Virus record (IMG/VR): IMGVR_UViG_3300032280_000315 | Location: 1 to 39,416 of that record | Strand: one strand, 5' to 3' | DNA length: 39,416 bases | From: a virus | Taxonomy: Duplodnaviria > Caudoviricetes | Shown here: in pieces, positions 8,671-16,413 of the stretch | Layout: each line of letters begins with the position of its first letter | How positions within the stretch are numbered: the first letter of the stretch is position 1 | Program-made: the position numbers and the translations under genes | The notes under the pieces: model-generated | What the model saw: the letters and a program-made list of their open reading frames with translations, nothing else | Told to the model about the DNA's origin: nothing | The model's database searches: none

Positions 8671-8805
8671 CCAGCAGTTTTGGGTCATGCGGGTAAAGAG
8701 AGGCAGGCCCGTAGAGCCGCCGCCGGAGGGGTCTGTCCCTTCTACTGTCCCCCCTCCCGGCGACGCCCGCTAGCAGGCAGATTTTTGGCCGTATAGGGAT
8801 CAACT

Positions 8806-9567
8806 ATGACCGAACGACGAACGGAAACGGCGCTGGTAAATGGGTACAATATCACCCTTCCCGTAGGTGTAACCGAGACAATGAAAACCAAAGTGAAAGA
8901 CTCGTACCAGAGCTTCACGCGCGACGGACTGTACCACGTGATGAGGCATATCTATGCCTACACGACAATGATGCCCCCGCTACTTAAGGAGCAACGTCCG
9001 ACTCACATTTTGCACCCCTTTGGGGGCCTGGGCGGAATGGCCCAACTGATCGAACAGGTCTGCGACTGGGATGTGTACCAAGAGTTTTGGGAGCGCGATC
9101 CTGATTGCGTAGCTTGGCTCAGAGAGCATTGGCACGACGTAGTTCTCGCTCAGGACAGCATTAAATGGTTACTGAGAGAAGAGCAGTGGCTTGACCAATG
9201 GGACTGGATCATCTTCGATCTGTCCGTCAGCACGATCAAGACGCCGGGGGTCAAAGAATGCTGGGAGCGGTTCGGCCACTACTTCCGCAAGGGTACACTC
9301 AAAGCTGTTTGGTTGACGGATACAGCGTGTCACAAAATCCACCTGAACGGCCGCACCTACGCCAAGGACTTTGGGTACGATACCCCCACATCTGAGGAAT
9401 ACCTGCGCGCCTACGACGAAGTGATCCTCAGACCCAAAGGTATGTGCATCAACCGAGCTATGCGAGAGGCGGGATCATACTACGCGATGATCACCGCCGC
9501 CAAGCCTGAGCGATTCGGGGAGATTACTTACATGGGTTCTCTGGATTCGCTCAACCTTAGCAAGTAG
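8806..9567 (+). CDS. Putative class I SAM-dependent transferase (Rossmann fold)
   Basis: Motif I ILHPFGGLG, acidic motif II WERDPDC, motif III QDSIKWL and motif IV WDWIIFDLS. No (D/N)PP(Y/F) or PC motif. Confidence 0.65.
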   Translation: MTERRTETALVNGYNITLPVGVTETMKTKVKDSYQSFTRDGLYHVMRHIYAYTTMMPPLLKEQRPTHILHPFGGLGGMAQLIEQVCDWDVYQEFWERDPDCVAWLREHWHDVVLAQDSIKWLLREEQWLDQWDWIIFDLSVSTIKTPGVKECWERFGHYFRKGTLKAVWLTDTACHKIHLNGRTYAKDFGYDTPTSEEYLRAYDEVILRPKGMCINRAMREAGSYYAMITAAKPERFGEITYMGSLDSLNLSK

Positions 9568-9593
9568 ACGGAGAAGTTGATCGAAGCTAGACT
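9565..9593 (+). promoter_or_regulatory. Putative promoter for the nucleotide-metabolism operon
   Basis: TAGACG-17-TAGACT, followed by a GTCGGC...GCCGAC hairpin and a GGAG RBS. Confidence 0.6.
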
Positions 9594-9641
9594 AGAAGGG
9601 TCGGCGGCTATGGGGGTCGCCGACACTATACGGAGAACAAC

Positions 9642-9911
9642 ATGGCCCATTTGAAAGTCGTCAAGTCCGCTACCGAAGCAGTCAACAATATCGCCCGTTG
9701 CCGCCCGCGACCCTACACAACTTACTACTTCAAGCGAGGCCAGCTCAGCCCAATCCGCATTGCTCGGTCTACCAGCCCGACCGCCGCCCTTTGCGCGGTC
9801 GTTCGTCGCATCGGAGAGGGGGAGCCCATCTACGTCGCAGAGATCATCAATTCCACCGGTAAGCTGCTTAAGACCGTCCGCGTCCATTACAGAAAAATCG
9901 AGATCAAATGA
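9642..9911 (+). CDS. Hypothetical basic protein
   Basis: 89 aa with a GGAG RBS and an ATGA overlap with the next gene. Confidence 0.75.
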   Translation: MAHLKVVKSATEAVNNIARCRPRPYTTYYFKRGQLSPIRIARSTSPTAALCAVVRRIGEGEPIYVAEIINSTGKLLKTVRVHYRKIEIK

Positions 9912-10897
9912 AGACACTGACCTGTCGTAACGTCAACGACGGGTTCGTGGAAGCCCTGTGGTACATGCGTATCCAGGGCGTCCGCGAAAACACCCGTAAC
10001 GGTCCCGTCAGATCAGCTGAGGGGCCGGTTATTGTTGAGTTCCAAAAGCCATGGGAACGTACCCATTTCTGCGCCGTCCGCGACGCCAACCCGTTCTTCC
10101 ACGTTATGGAAGCAATGTGGATGCTCGCAGGGCGGAACGACGTCAAATGGCCCGCTTCGTTCGCCTCCAACATTGCCAACTACTCGGACAATGGTCTAAC
10201 CCTTCACGGCGCCTACGGGTACAGGTGGCTGAACCATTTCGGTCCCGATCAGATCCAAGAAGTTATCGACCACCTTAAAGCTGACCCCCAGACCCGTAGG
10301 GCCGTCATCAGCATGTGGGACCCGGTCAGCGACCTCAAAATGGTGGAAACTGGGGGCAAAGACGTCCCGTGCAACACGCACATCTATTTCCGACCGCGGG
10401 GCGCATTTCTCGACATGACGGTGTGCAACCGTTCCAACGACCTTGTGTGGGGGCTGTTCGGGGCCAACGTCGTACACATGTCGTTCCTTCACGAGTTCAT
10501 CGCGGCGGCGACCGGCTTCCAAATGGGCAGCTACTACCAGATGACCAACAATTTGCACGTGTACGAGCAGCATTGGCCCCTTCTGGAACATCCACCTATT
10601 GCCCTTCAAGGGGCCGATCAAGGTACGCGAGTACCGCTCACAGACGACGGGTACTACGCAGGTTTGTACCGGGATCTAGTATGGTTCCTGAATGACCCCG
10701 AGGGCGAGTACAGATACCATAATTCGTGGTTCGTCTCGGTTCTCAAACCGATGTACCTGGCTCACAAACTCTACAAACAAGACAAGCTGGGCGAAGCGAT
10801 TGACCAGTCGGCGCTGATTGCCGACTCAGATTGGAGCGCAGCTTGCTGCCTCTGGCTCAGCCGTCGTGCGAAAAAGAAGGAGCAACTTGATGCGTGA
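9908..10897 (+). CDS. Thymidylate synthase homolog, putative dUMP hydroxymethyltransferase
   Basis: TRNG, RDANPFFH..EAMWMLAGRND, HGAYGYRW, TRRAVISMWD, catalytic PC (DVPCN), RSND and NLHVY. Asn occupies the uracil-specificity position (GANVV). Confidence 0.9.
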   Translation: MKTLTCRNVNDGFVEALWYMRIQGVRENTRNGPVRSAEGPVIVEFQKPWERTHFCAVRDANPFFHVMEAMWMLAGRNDVKWPASFASNIANYSDNGLTLHGAYGYRWLNHFGPDQIQEVIDHLKADPQTRRAVISMWDPVSDLKMVETGGKDVPCNTHIYFRPRGAFLDMTVCNRSNDLVWGLFGANVVHMSFLHEFIAAATGFQMGSYYQMTNNLHVYEQHWPLLEHPPIALQGADQGTRVPLTDDGYYAGLYRDLVWFLNDPEGEYRYHNSWFVSVLKPMYLAHKLYKQDKLGEAIDQSALIADSDWSAACCLWLSRRAKKKEQLDA

Positions 10898-11375
10898 TTT
10901 CGGAGCACTGTACCGGGCGGGGGCAGTGGAGCGGTTCCATACGATGCCGACCCACCAGCGGCAGACGATCGCAGACCACTCGTGGGGGGTTATCATGATT
11001 GTGCTGGCAATCTCCAACAACCCCAACGTCAATCTGATCAAAGCTGCGGCGACCCACGATCTGGCGGAGTCCGTCACAGGCGACCTCCCGGCCACCGTCA
11101 AATGGGACGAGCCTCAGCTTTGTCGTGAGATCGAGGCGCTGGAGCAGAAATTCGCGATCAAACACAACATTTTCCCGTATTTGGATAAGCTTGAGGAAGA
11201 AATTCTGCGCTGGGCCGATATGGCCGAGCTTGTCATGTTCTGCGAGGGGGAGATCCGGCTTGGCAACCAGAACCTGGCTGCGGTATGGCGGCGCGGTATC
11301 CTACGTTTGGAACAGATGGGGTTCCCTACCGATAAAGCTGAAGGATTTTACAATGACCACATTAATCCCGTCTGA
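10890..11375 (+). CDS. HD-domain 5'-deoxynucleotidase (YfbR-like)
   Basis: VERFH...TIADHS...THDLAESVTGDLP...WADMAE. ATG 10890 has an AAGGAG RBS. Confidence 0.88.
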   Translation: MRDFGALYRAGAVERFHTMPTHQRQTIADHSWGVIMIVLAISNNPNVNLIKAAATHDLAESVTGDLPATVKWDEPQLCREIEALEQKFAIKHNIFPYLDKLEEEILRWADMAELVMFCEGEIRLGNQNLAAVWRRGILRLEQMGFPTDKAEGFYNDHINPV

Positions 11376-11637
11376 CGCTAATTCCCGCCAGGTCGGCGGT
11401 TCTCATTACAAGTCCGAGATCCAGCACTGGGACTACGTTGTAGCCAACAATCTGGACTACTTCCAAGGGCAGATCACAAAATACGTGACTCGGTGGAAGG
11501 AGAAGAACGGCATTCAAGATCTGAAGAAGGCCCAGCATTTCCTGGAGAAGTACATCCAGGTGCAAGAGGCCAAGCTAGGCCCGATTCACGCAGCACTTGA
11601 TGGGGAGGCAGACTCCCGATACGTCAACCAAGATTGA
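11353..11637 (+). CDS. DUF3310-family protein (related to T7 gp1.7 nucleotide kinase)
   Basis: QVGGSHY...WD...YFQG..TKYVTRWKEKNGIQDLKKA.HFL. ATG 11353 has an AAGGA RBS. Confidence 0.85.
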   Translation: MTTLIPSDANSRQVGGSHYKSEIQHWDYVVANNLDYFQGQITKYVTRWKEKNGIQDLKKAQHFLEKYIQVQEAKLGPIHAALDGEADSRYVNQD

Positions 11638-11644
11638 ACCTCAA

Positions 11645-11740
11645 ATGGCTATCCTGCTGATAGGAACGCTCATTTATATCCTCTTGCTCGGAGCGATATT
11701 AGCGCTGCTAATGTCCAACGGCAAAGACGACGAAGATTGA
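11645..11740 (+). CDS. Small single-pass membrane protein (31 aa)
   Basis: Manual translation gives MAILLIGTLIYILLLGAILALLMSNGKDDED. It starts 8 bp after the DUF3310 stop. Confidence 0.5.
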   Translation: MAILLIGTLIYILLLGAILALLMSNGKDDED

Positions 11741-11808
11741 GCAGGTAACGTCGGGAGACTGTGACCCCCCAACTGGATGCTGGCTCTCCATAGCTCAAAA
11801 ACCAGCAC

Positions 11809-11925
11809 CTACCACTTAATTTTGATTCCAATCATTAGCGCTGCGCGCTTCCAGACTGGTGTAGAAAGGCCCGGCAGGTCCGGCTGAACTTTCGACCAGA
11901 CGCGAACCCACCGGAGCCAACGCAC
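11809..11925 (-). CDS. Small cationic Trp-rich peptide at the end of the lysis cassette (38 aa)
   Basis: GTG start 3 bp after the holin-like stop. Manual translation gives MRWLRWVRVWSKVQPDLPGLSTPVWKRAALMIGIKIKW. Confidence 0.45.
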   Translation of the reverse strand: MRWLRWVRVWSKVQPDLPGLSTPVWKRAALMIGIKIKW

Positions 11926-11928
11926 GAC

Positions 11929-12105
11929 TTACGCCTTGCGCTCGGGGAGAAACACTGCGATTGCGGCAAAGACCGCAGCGACCGCATTGGTGATCGCGCT
12001 CAGCTGCTCGGGGGCGACAGCCCAACCAAACGTTGCGGTCAGACCCCCCAGACCCAGGTAGGTCGAGGGCTCTTTGAGACGATTGACGATGAAATCAAGA
12101 AACAT
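11929..12105 (-). CDS. Holin-like membrane protein (58 aa)
   Basis: RLKEPSTYLGL motif, two hydrophobic segments and a GGAGG RBS. It overlaps the endolysin stop. Confidence 0.7.
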   Translation of the reverse strand: MFLDFIVNRLKEPSTYLGLGGLTATFGWAVAPEQLSAITNAVAAVFAAIAVFLPERKA

Positions 12106-12625
12106 TGGGAGCCTCCAAGGCAGTTGCGAAAAGACGAGTGAGCCAGCCATAGCCGTACCGCCCATACTTCGGATGCTTCTGGTACCGAAGTGCGCGGAGG
12201 GCCATAAACCGAGCCGGGCGACGGTCATCCCCCGACCTCATTGCGGTCAGCGTGCGCTGACCGAGCTTGCCGTCCACGGTCACTCCAACTGCGTCTTGCA
12301 GTAGAATGATCGCGGTCGGCACGCCTTGGTTGACAGCGCAGTCAAACATCAGCAGCTGCCATGTAAAATTGGGGTACTCATCAGCTCTGATTCGGCTCCA
12401 GTAGTCCCGCAGGTAGATCGCTCGCGCATCTTCCAGAGACAAATTGCGTATGTCCAGATCGGGGTACGCCCCCGCACTGATACCGTACTTGGTACCTTCA
12501 AGCTGACCCAGGCCGATTTGTCCCCCGGTCCAGTTGCCGCTGTCTTGGGGGTCGTCATCAAAGACCCCCTCGCTGTTGACAATTGCGCGGAAGCAGCGAT
12601 CAAACGGGTTGACGACGACGGTCAA
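12095..12625 (-). CDS. Endolysin, glycoside hydrolase family 108 with peptidoglycan-binding domain
   Basis: EG...DPQDSG...GTKYGIS, IY.RDYW, FDCAVNQG, LQ.AVGV..DG.LG and YG.GWL.R. Confidence 0.92.
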   Translation of the reverse strand: MTVVVNPFDRCFRAIVNSEGVFDDDPQDSGNWTGGQIGLGQLEGTKYGISAGAYPDLDIRNLSLEDARAIYLRDYWSRIRADEYPNFTWQLLMFDCAVNQGVPTAIILLQDAVGVTVDGKLGQRTLTAMRSGDDRRPARFMALRALRYQKHPKYGRYGYGWLTRLFATALEAPNVS

Positions 12626-12834
12626 TGGTCACCCTCTTCATGGCGAAAGGTATTGGGCCGACGACACATGCGATACCAGCGATGAGCCAGATAGCCGATC
12701 TGGACCAAAACGTAAATAATTGTTAAAGCAACAAGTATTGTATTCAGGTTAAACCCCGCAACTAGAGCCGTAGTAGCCCCAACTGCGGGGGCGCCTTTCA
12801 GCGCTTCAGCGACGACCTCGGCTTTCTGATCCAT
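12622..12834 (-). CDS. Putative holin
   Basis: 70 aa with a hydrophobic core and basic C-terminus, directly upstream of the endolysin. Confidence 0.65.
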   Translation of the reverse strand: MDQKAEVVAEALKGAPAVGATTALVAGFNLNTILVALTIIYVLVQIGYLAHRWYRMCRRPNTFRHEEGDH

Positions 12835-12882
12835 AATTACAGCTCCGCATCGAGCAGTGGGCTTGGGTCGCGGGACTGGCCG

Positions 12883-13284
12883 CTACGCTTCGATCGACGC
12901 TGCCGCGACGAACAGCGCGTCGATGTCGGCGTCCGACATGCCGAGCGCGGCCCCCATTGCGGCGACCGTCGGCGACTTGCGGCGGAACTCGATCGCTTCC
13001 TGCCAGGCCAGGCGCGCGAGAACAGGCGTCGACGGGCTCTGCATGAGCGCCTCGACTGCGGCAAGCTGGCCGGCAAGGTGCAGCGCGGCCCGGGCTTGGA
13101 ATCGGGAAACGGGCGACGGCACAGGCACCGGGGGCTCGGGCTCGATGTCGGCCACGCCGCCCTCGGTCTGCCACGCGAGGAATTCCACATAGTCGCGGTT
13201 GCCGGGGGCGGCAGGTATGAACATCGCCTCGTCATCGGCGCCTTTGCGAATCATCCCGCTGCGCAAAATCGTATACTGGGGCAT
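12883..13284 (-). CDS. Tail-fibre-associated protein (putative assembly chaperone)
   Basis: FIP..PGNRDY.EFLAW and VSRFQARAAL...W..A.EF.R.SP...LG....ID.LF..A motifs, typical of genes following tail fibres. Confidence 0.7.
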   Translation of the reverse strand: MPQYTILRSGMIRKGADDEAMFIPAAPGNRDYVEFLAWQTEGGVADIEPEPPVPVPSPVSRFQARAALHLAGQLAAVEALMQSPSTPVLARLAWQEAIEFRRKSPTVAAMGAALGMSDADIDALFVAAASIEA

Positions 13285-13285
13285 G

Positions 13286-14563
13286 TTAGACCTCCGCATC
13301 GAGAGCATAGTTCATAAGCCACCAGTTGCCGGCAGCGGACGGGATAGACATGTCAATTCGGAAACTACTGTTTGAAGCCGTTACTGCGCCCCCACTCGGC
13401 GTGACGTTGTTACCGCTGGCCGCCGTAGTGACGCGGTTCGCGTTCCCGGCAGCGTCAAAGAAAGTAATACTGGGGGTGGTGCGCATCACAACAGGCAGCG
13501 TCAAAGAATGACCAATGTAGGTCGTCGTGCTGTAGGTGCCAACTTGCCCTACTTGGTAGTACCGCTGGCACAGCACCAGCTCGATCGTGAGTGGGCGCTG
13601 CTCAAACTCAGTTTCGAATGTACTTTCTTCAACCTGAACATTCGCAATATCGAATGTCCCGGACTGCTGACCCAAGGAAGCTGTTCGGTCATTCCAGGTT
13701 GAACCTGCGTCGAACCAGAAAATTAACTCCAGATTATCGTTGTCGGCACTCCCCAGTACTTTGCCGACGATAGATGGTATCGCTATCGTCGCAGAAAACC
13801 TCTGCCAAGCAGTCGTAAGGTTGAACTTTTGCGACCCGATAGCGTTGACTGCGGCAGATGGCGAGCCACCCGTGCCAAAGTTTTGCGCCATTGAAATAGC
13901 AATTGGTCGTGCCGCGTCAGCCTTTGCCGAAAAACTGACGCGCGCGTTCACCCCAGAAAGAGTCCGGACGTTCTCTATTTCCTGTGCTTTTATAACCAGG
14001 TTGTTAGCGCCAGCCACGCTAGTCACGACGGTACGAGAGAAAAAAGTCGGATTACCCGGTACATCCGTCTGTCCCAGCGGAAAAACCTCCCGGGAGTGTA
14101 GCTTCGTGGAGCCTTGATGGTAGTTGATCCAGCGATCGTCCGAACCATACCCGGGCGTGCTTTGCGACGCCCCGCGCTGCCATACGGAAAAGTCGCCATT
14201 GATCAGCTTGTTCCGAAACGTCGGCTGGTAGTTTGTCAGCTGTTGAAGGGGAACAGCTTGCAAAGGCTGCGTAACGTTACCCGGCAGCTGCAGCGGACCG
14301 GTTGAAGCAAGTACGCCTGCTGCCGGTCTGTAAAACCCAAGCGTCGGCTCCGAACTGAAAGTATACGCCGGGAGCAAAGCAGTACCGTTGACCCCAGCGA
14401 GGGGGGCCGTCATGCCCCCATTTCCGGTCCGCGACAGGGAATCCGTGAGAGCATCTTTGATGTCGTTCAGCGTGTTGTTAGCCCACGTGGACGTTATCGG
14501 CGTTGCCGTCACCACCGGATTGCCGACGGGAAGGGTGTAATTACCGCTTACGTCACGCGACAT
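13286..14563 (-). CDS. Tail fibre / receptor-binding protein
   Basis: Podophage fibre N-terminus MSRD.SG.YTLP.GNPV, and a RNKLINGDF.VWQRG...DRW...EL.LCQRYY domain. Confidence 0.85.
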   Translation of the reverse strand: MSRDVSGNYTLPVGNPVVTATPITSTWANNTLNDIKDALTDSLSRTGNGGMTAPLAGVNGTALLPAYTFSSEPTLGFYRPAAGVLASTGPLQLPGNVTQPLQAVPLQQLTNYQPTFRNKLINGDFSVWQRGASQSTPGYGSDDRWINYHQGSTKLHSREVFPLGQTDVPGNPTFFSRTVVTSVAGANNLVIKAQEIENVRTLSGVNARVSFSAKADAARPIAISMAQNFGTGGSPSAAVNAIGSQKFNLTTAWQRFSATIAIPSIVGKVLGSADNDNLELIFWFDAGSTWNDRTASLGQQSGTFDIANVQVEESTFETEFEQRPLTIELVLCQRYYQVGQVGTYSTTTYIGHSLTLPVVMRTTPSITFFDAAGNANRVTTAASGNNVTPSGGAVTASNSSFRIDMSIPSAAGNWWLMNYALDAEV

Positions 14564-16413
14564 TATTGGCGCTCCATGGCTGCCCCGGTCTGACCGACAG
14601 ACTGGGATTCAATTTGTCTGAGATAGTCCACCAACTGCTTGGGAGTCAGATTGCCTTGTTTGCCGACAATCTCTGCGAACCGCTCGGGGTCCAGCAGCAT
14701 GTCGTCAAGCTCGCGCAACGTAGACTTGCGGGTACGACCCCGCAGGAAGTCGATCAGTTGGGCCGGACCCGCTCGATTGAACGGGTTGTGCCAGCCCCGA
14801 CGGAACATACTTGCGGGGTCGTCCCCGGTGGGGGGAGTGGCTTGAACCCGCCTCGGAGCTTCAGCCTGTCGCAGCCCTTCGACAAGATACCGAAGATCAT
14901 CCGAAACTGGCGGAGTGAGCAAAGGACCGAAGTCATTCCGCGCACCCGCTTTGGCACGATCCACCGCATCGGCCGTTATATTGCCCATCCGTTCCCCACC
15001 GGGTCCGACGAACTTGCGGAGGATGTTCTCTGCAGCATCCGATTCCGCCACTGCGTTGGCCCGCTCCCCGTACTCATCCAGGAAGTTTTGCCATTTGTTA
15101 CCCGTAGCTGTGTTGAGCTCCGAGTCAATCTTAGCAATCAGATTACGGATCTGACGCTCGCCCTGCCCCGCCTTGGGGGCCTCATCAGTCAGCCAGGAGC
15201 GCAGATTGTGCAAATGATCAATGCCGGCCCCGTTCAGTCCAATCATACGTCGAGCTTCCGTCAATGCCTTCCTGACGGGAGGCACGTTGCCGGCTCCAGT
15301 CTGGCGCATAGCGCCGATCTCAGCGTTGATAGCGCTCAGGGCTTGACGAGTTGCCGCCGGGTCTGTGTTCTTGTCGATGTCTCCAATGATCCGCGCACGA
15401 GTGGCCGCTTGATCGCTGAGCCGACCCCCGCGCTGATTGGCGACCGGCTGGAGGACGTTCGTGAGCATGCCACGAGACTCCATTTCCAGCGCGTCATCCT
15501 TGTCCCGCCATTTTGTCGCAGCGCGGCCACGACTTTGCTTCTCAAGACCGGCGATAGCGGCCGAATCCGTGGCCCCCGCTGTCGAGACGGATCGCGGAAG
15601 GGCAGTCCTACCCTGGGCGCTGAGCGCCCTATCTGCCTCTTCCTTTACAAGATCGCGCCGAACCCATTCATCCAGCCCGCGACCCTCATCGAGCGCATTT
15701 TCGACCGTCTCAACGGCTCGCTTCTGGGCCAACTTAGGGCTGTCCCTGAGGGCGCCAAACGCGCGGCCCGTCGCTTTGGCGGTTCCTACACCGGCTCCAA
15801 CCACCGCCGGAGCAGCCGCTCCGAATGCTGCGCCTCGACCCACGTTTGAGCCCCGGGACTCATCGCTGGTGACGGGGGCGAGGGCACCACCCGCAGCGCC
15901 GCCCGCCGCCCCTCCAATAGTGTTGCGTGCGGAGAAGATGTTAGGATTGGCGGCAAACTTCCTGGCGCTCTCCTGGACGGCGGCTCCCATTGCTTGGGGG
16001 AGGGCACGCCCTGCGACCTTGGCTCCAGTAAGGGTGGCGGCTCCAGTGAGACCTCCAAACGGAACCATGGCCAGGGGAGCAGATTCGCCTGCACCCTGAA
16101 GAAACTCCCCGAAGGGCATTTGACCAAGACGCTCGTCACGAATCCGCCGTTGCCGGATTTGCTCATCAGTTTCTTGCTCCCCCAGACCGGTCACTTGACG
16201 CACGCCACGGGTGAGGTTCTCAAACCCGGCCGTGATGTTTTGTTGAGCCCCCTTCATAGTGAAAGGTTGCTGCTCAAATTGCGACGCAGATTTGGTGTGT
16301 ACCGGCTTCGGGCCAGGCCGACGAAGAATCTCATCCATGGACCAAACGCCGCCCGTGGACAGTTGAGCGTTGGGATCTTCTCCCACAACCTCGTCAGATT
16401 CCCAAGCGTTCAT
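14563..16413 (-). CDS. Internal virion / DNA ejection protein
   Basis: 616 aa, Ala/Gly-rich (GGAAGGAAGGAL), located between the tail genes and the fibre. Confidence 0.65.
   Translation of the reverse strand: MNAWESDEVVGEDPNAQLSTGGVWSMDEILRRPGPKPVHTKSASQFEQQPFTMKGAQQNITAGFENLTRGVRQVTGLGEQETDEQIRQRRIRDERLGQMPFGEFLQGAGESAPLAMVPFGGLTGAATLTGAKVAGRALPQAMGAAVQESARKFAANPNIFSARNTIGGAAGGAAGGALAPVTSDESRGSNVGRGAAFGAAAPAVVGAGVGTAKATGRAFGALRDSPKLAQKRAVETVENALDEGRGLDEWVRRDLVKEEADRALSAQGRTALPRSVSTAGATDSAAIAGLEKQSRGRAATKWRDKDDALEMESRGMLTNVLQPVANQRGGRLSDQAATRARIIGDIDKNTDPAATRQALSAINAEIGAMRQTGAGNVPPVRKALTEARRMIGLNGAGIDHLHNLRSWLTDEAPKAGQGERQIRNLIAKIDSELNTATGNKWQNFLDEYGERANAVAESDAAENILRKFVGPGGERMGNITADAVDRAKAGARNDFGPLLTPPVSDDLRYLVEGLRQAEAPRRVQATPPTGDDPASMFRRGWHNPFNRAGPAQLIDFLRGRTRKSTLRELDDMLLDPERFAEIVGKQGNLTPKQLVDYLRQIESQSVGQTGAAMERQ

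Noticed and set aside
8806-9567. Ordinary DNA adenine or cytosine methyltransferase
   Set aside because: It lacks the (D/N/S)PP(Y/F) and PC catalytic motifs.
9908-10897. Canonical ThyA or dCMP hydroxymethylase
   Set aside because: Asn at the specificity position argues against dCMP. The divergent motifs and the kinase/aGPT context argue against ordinary ThyA.
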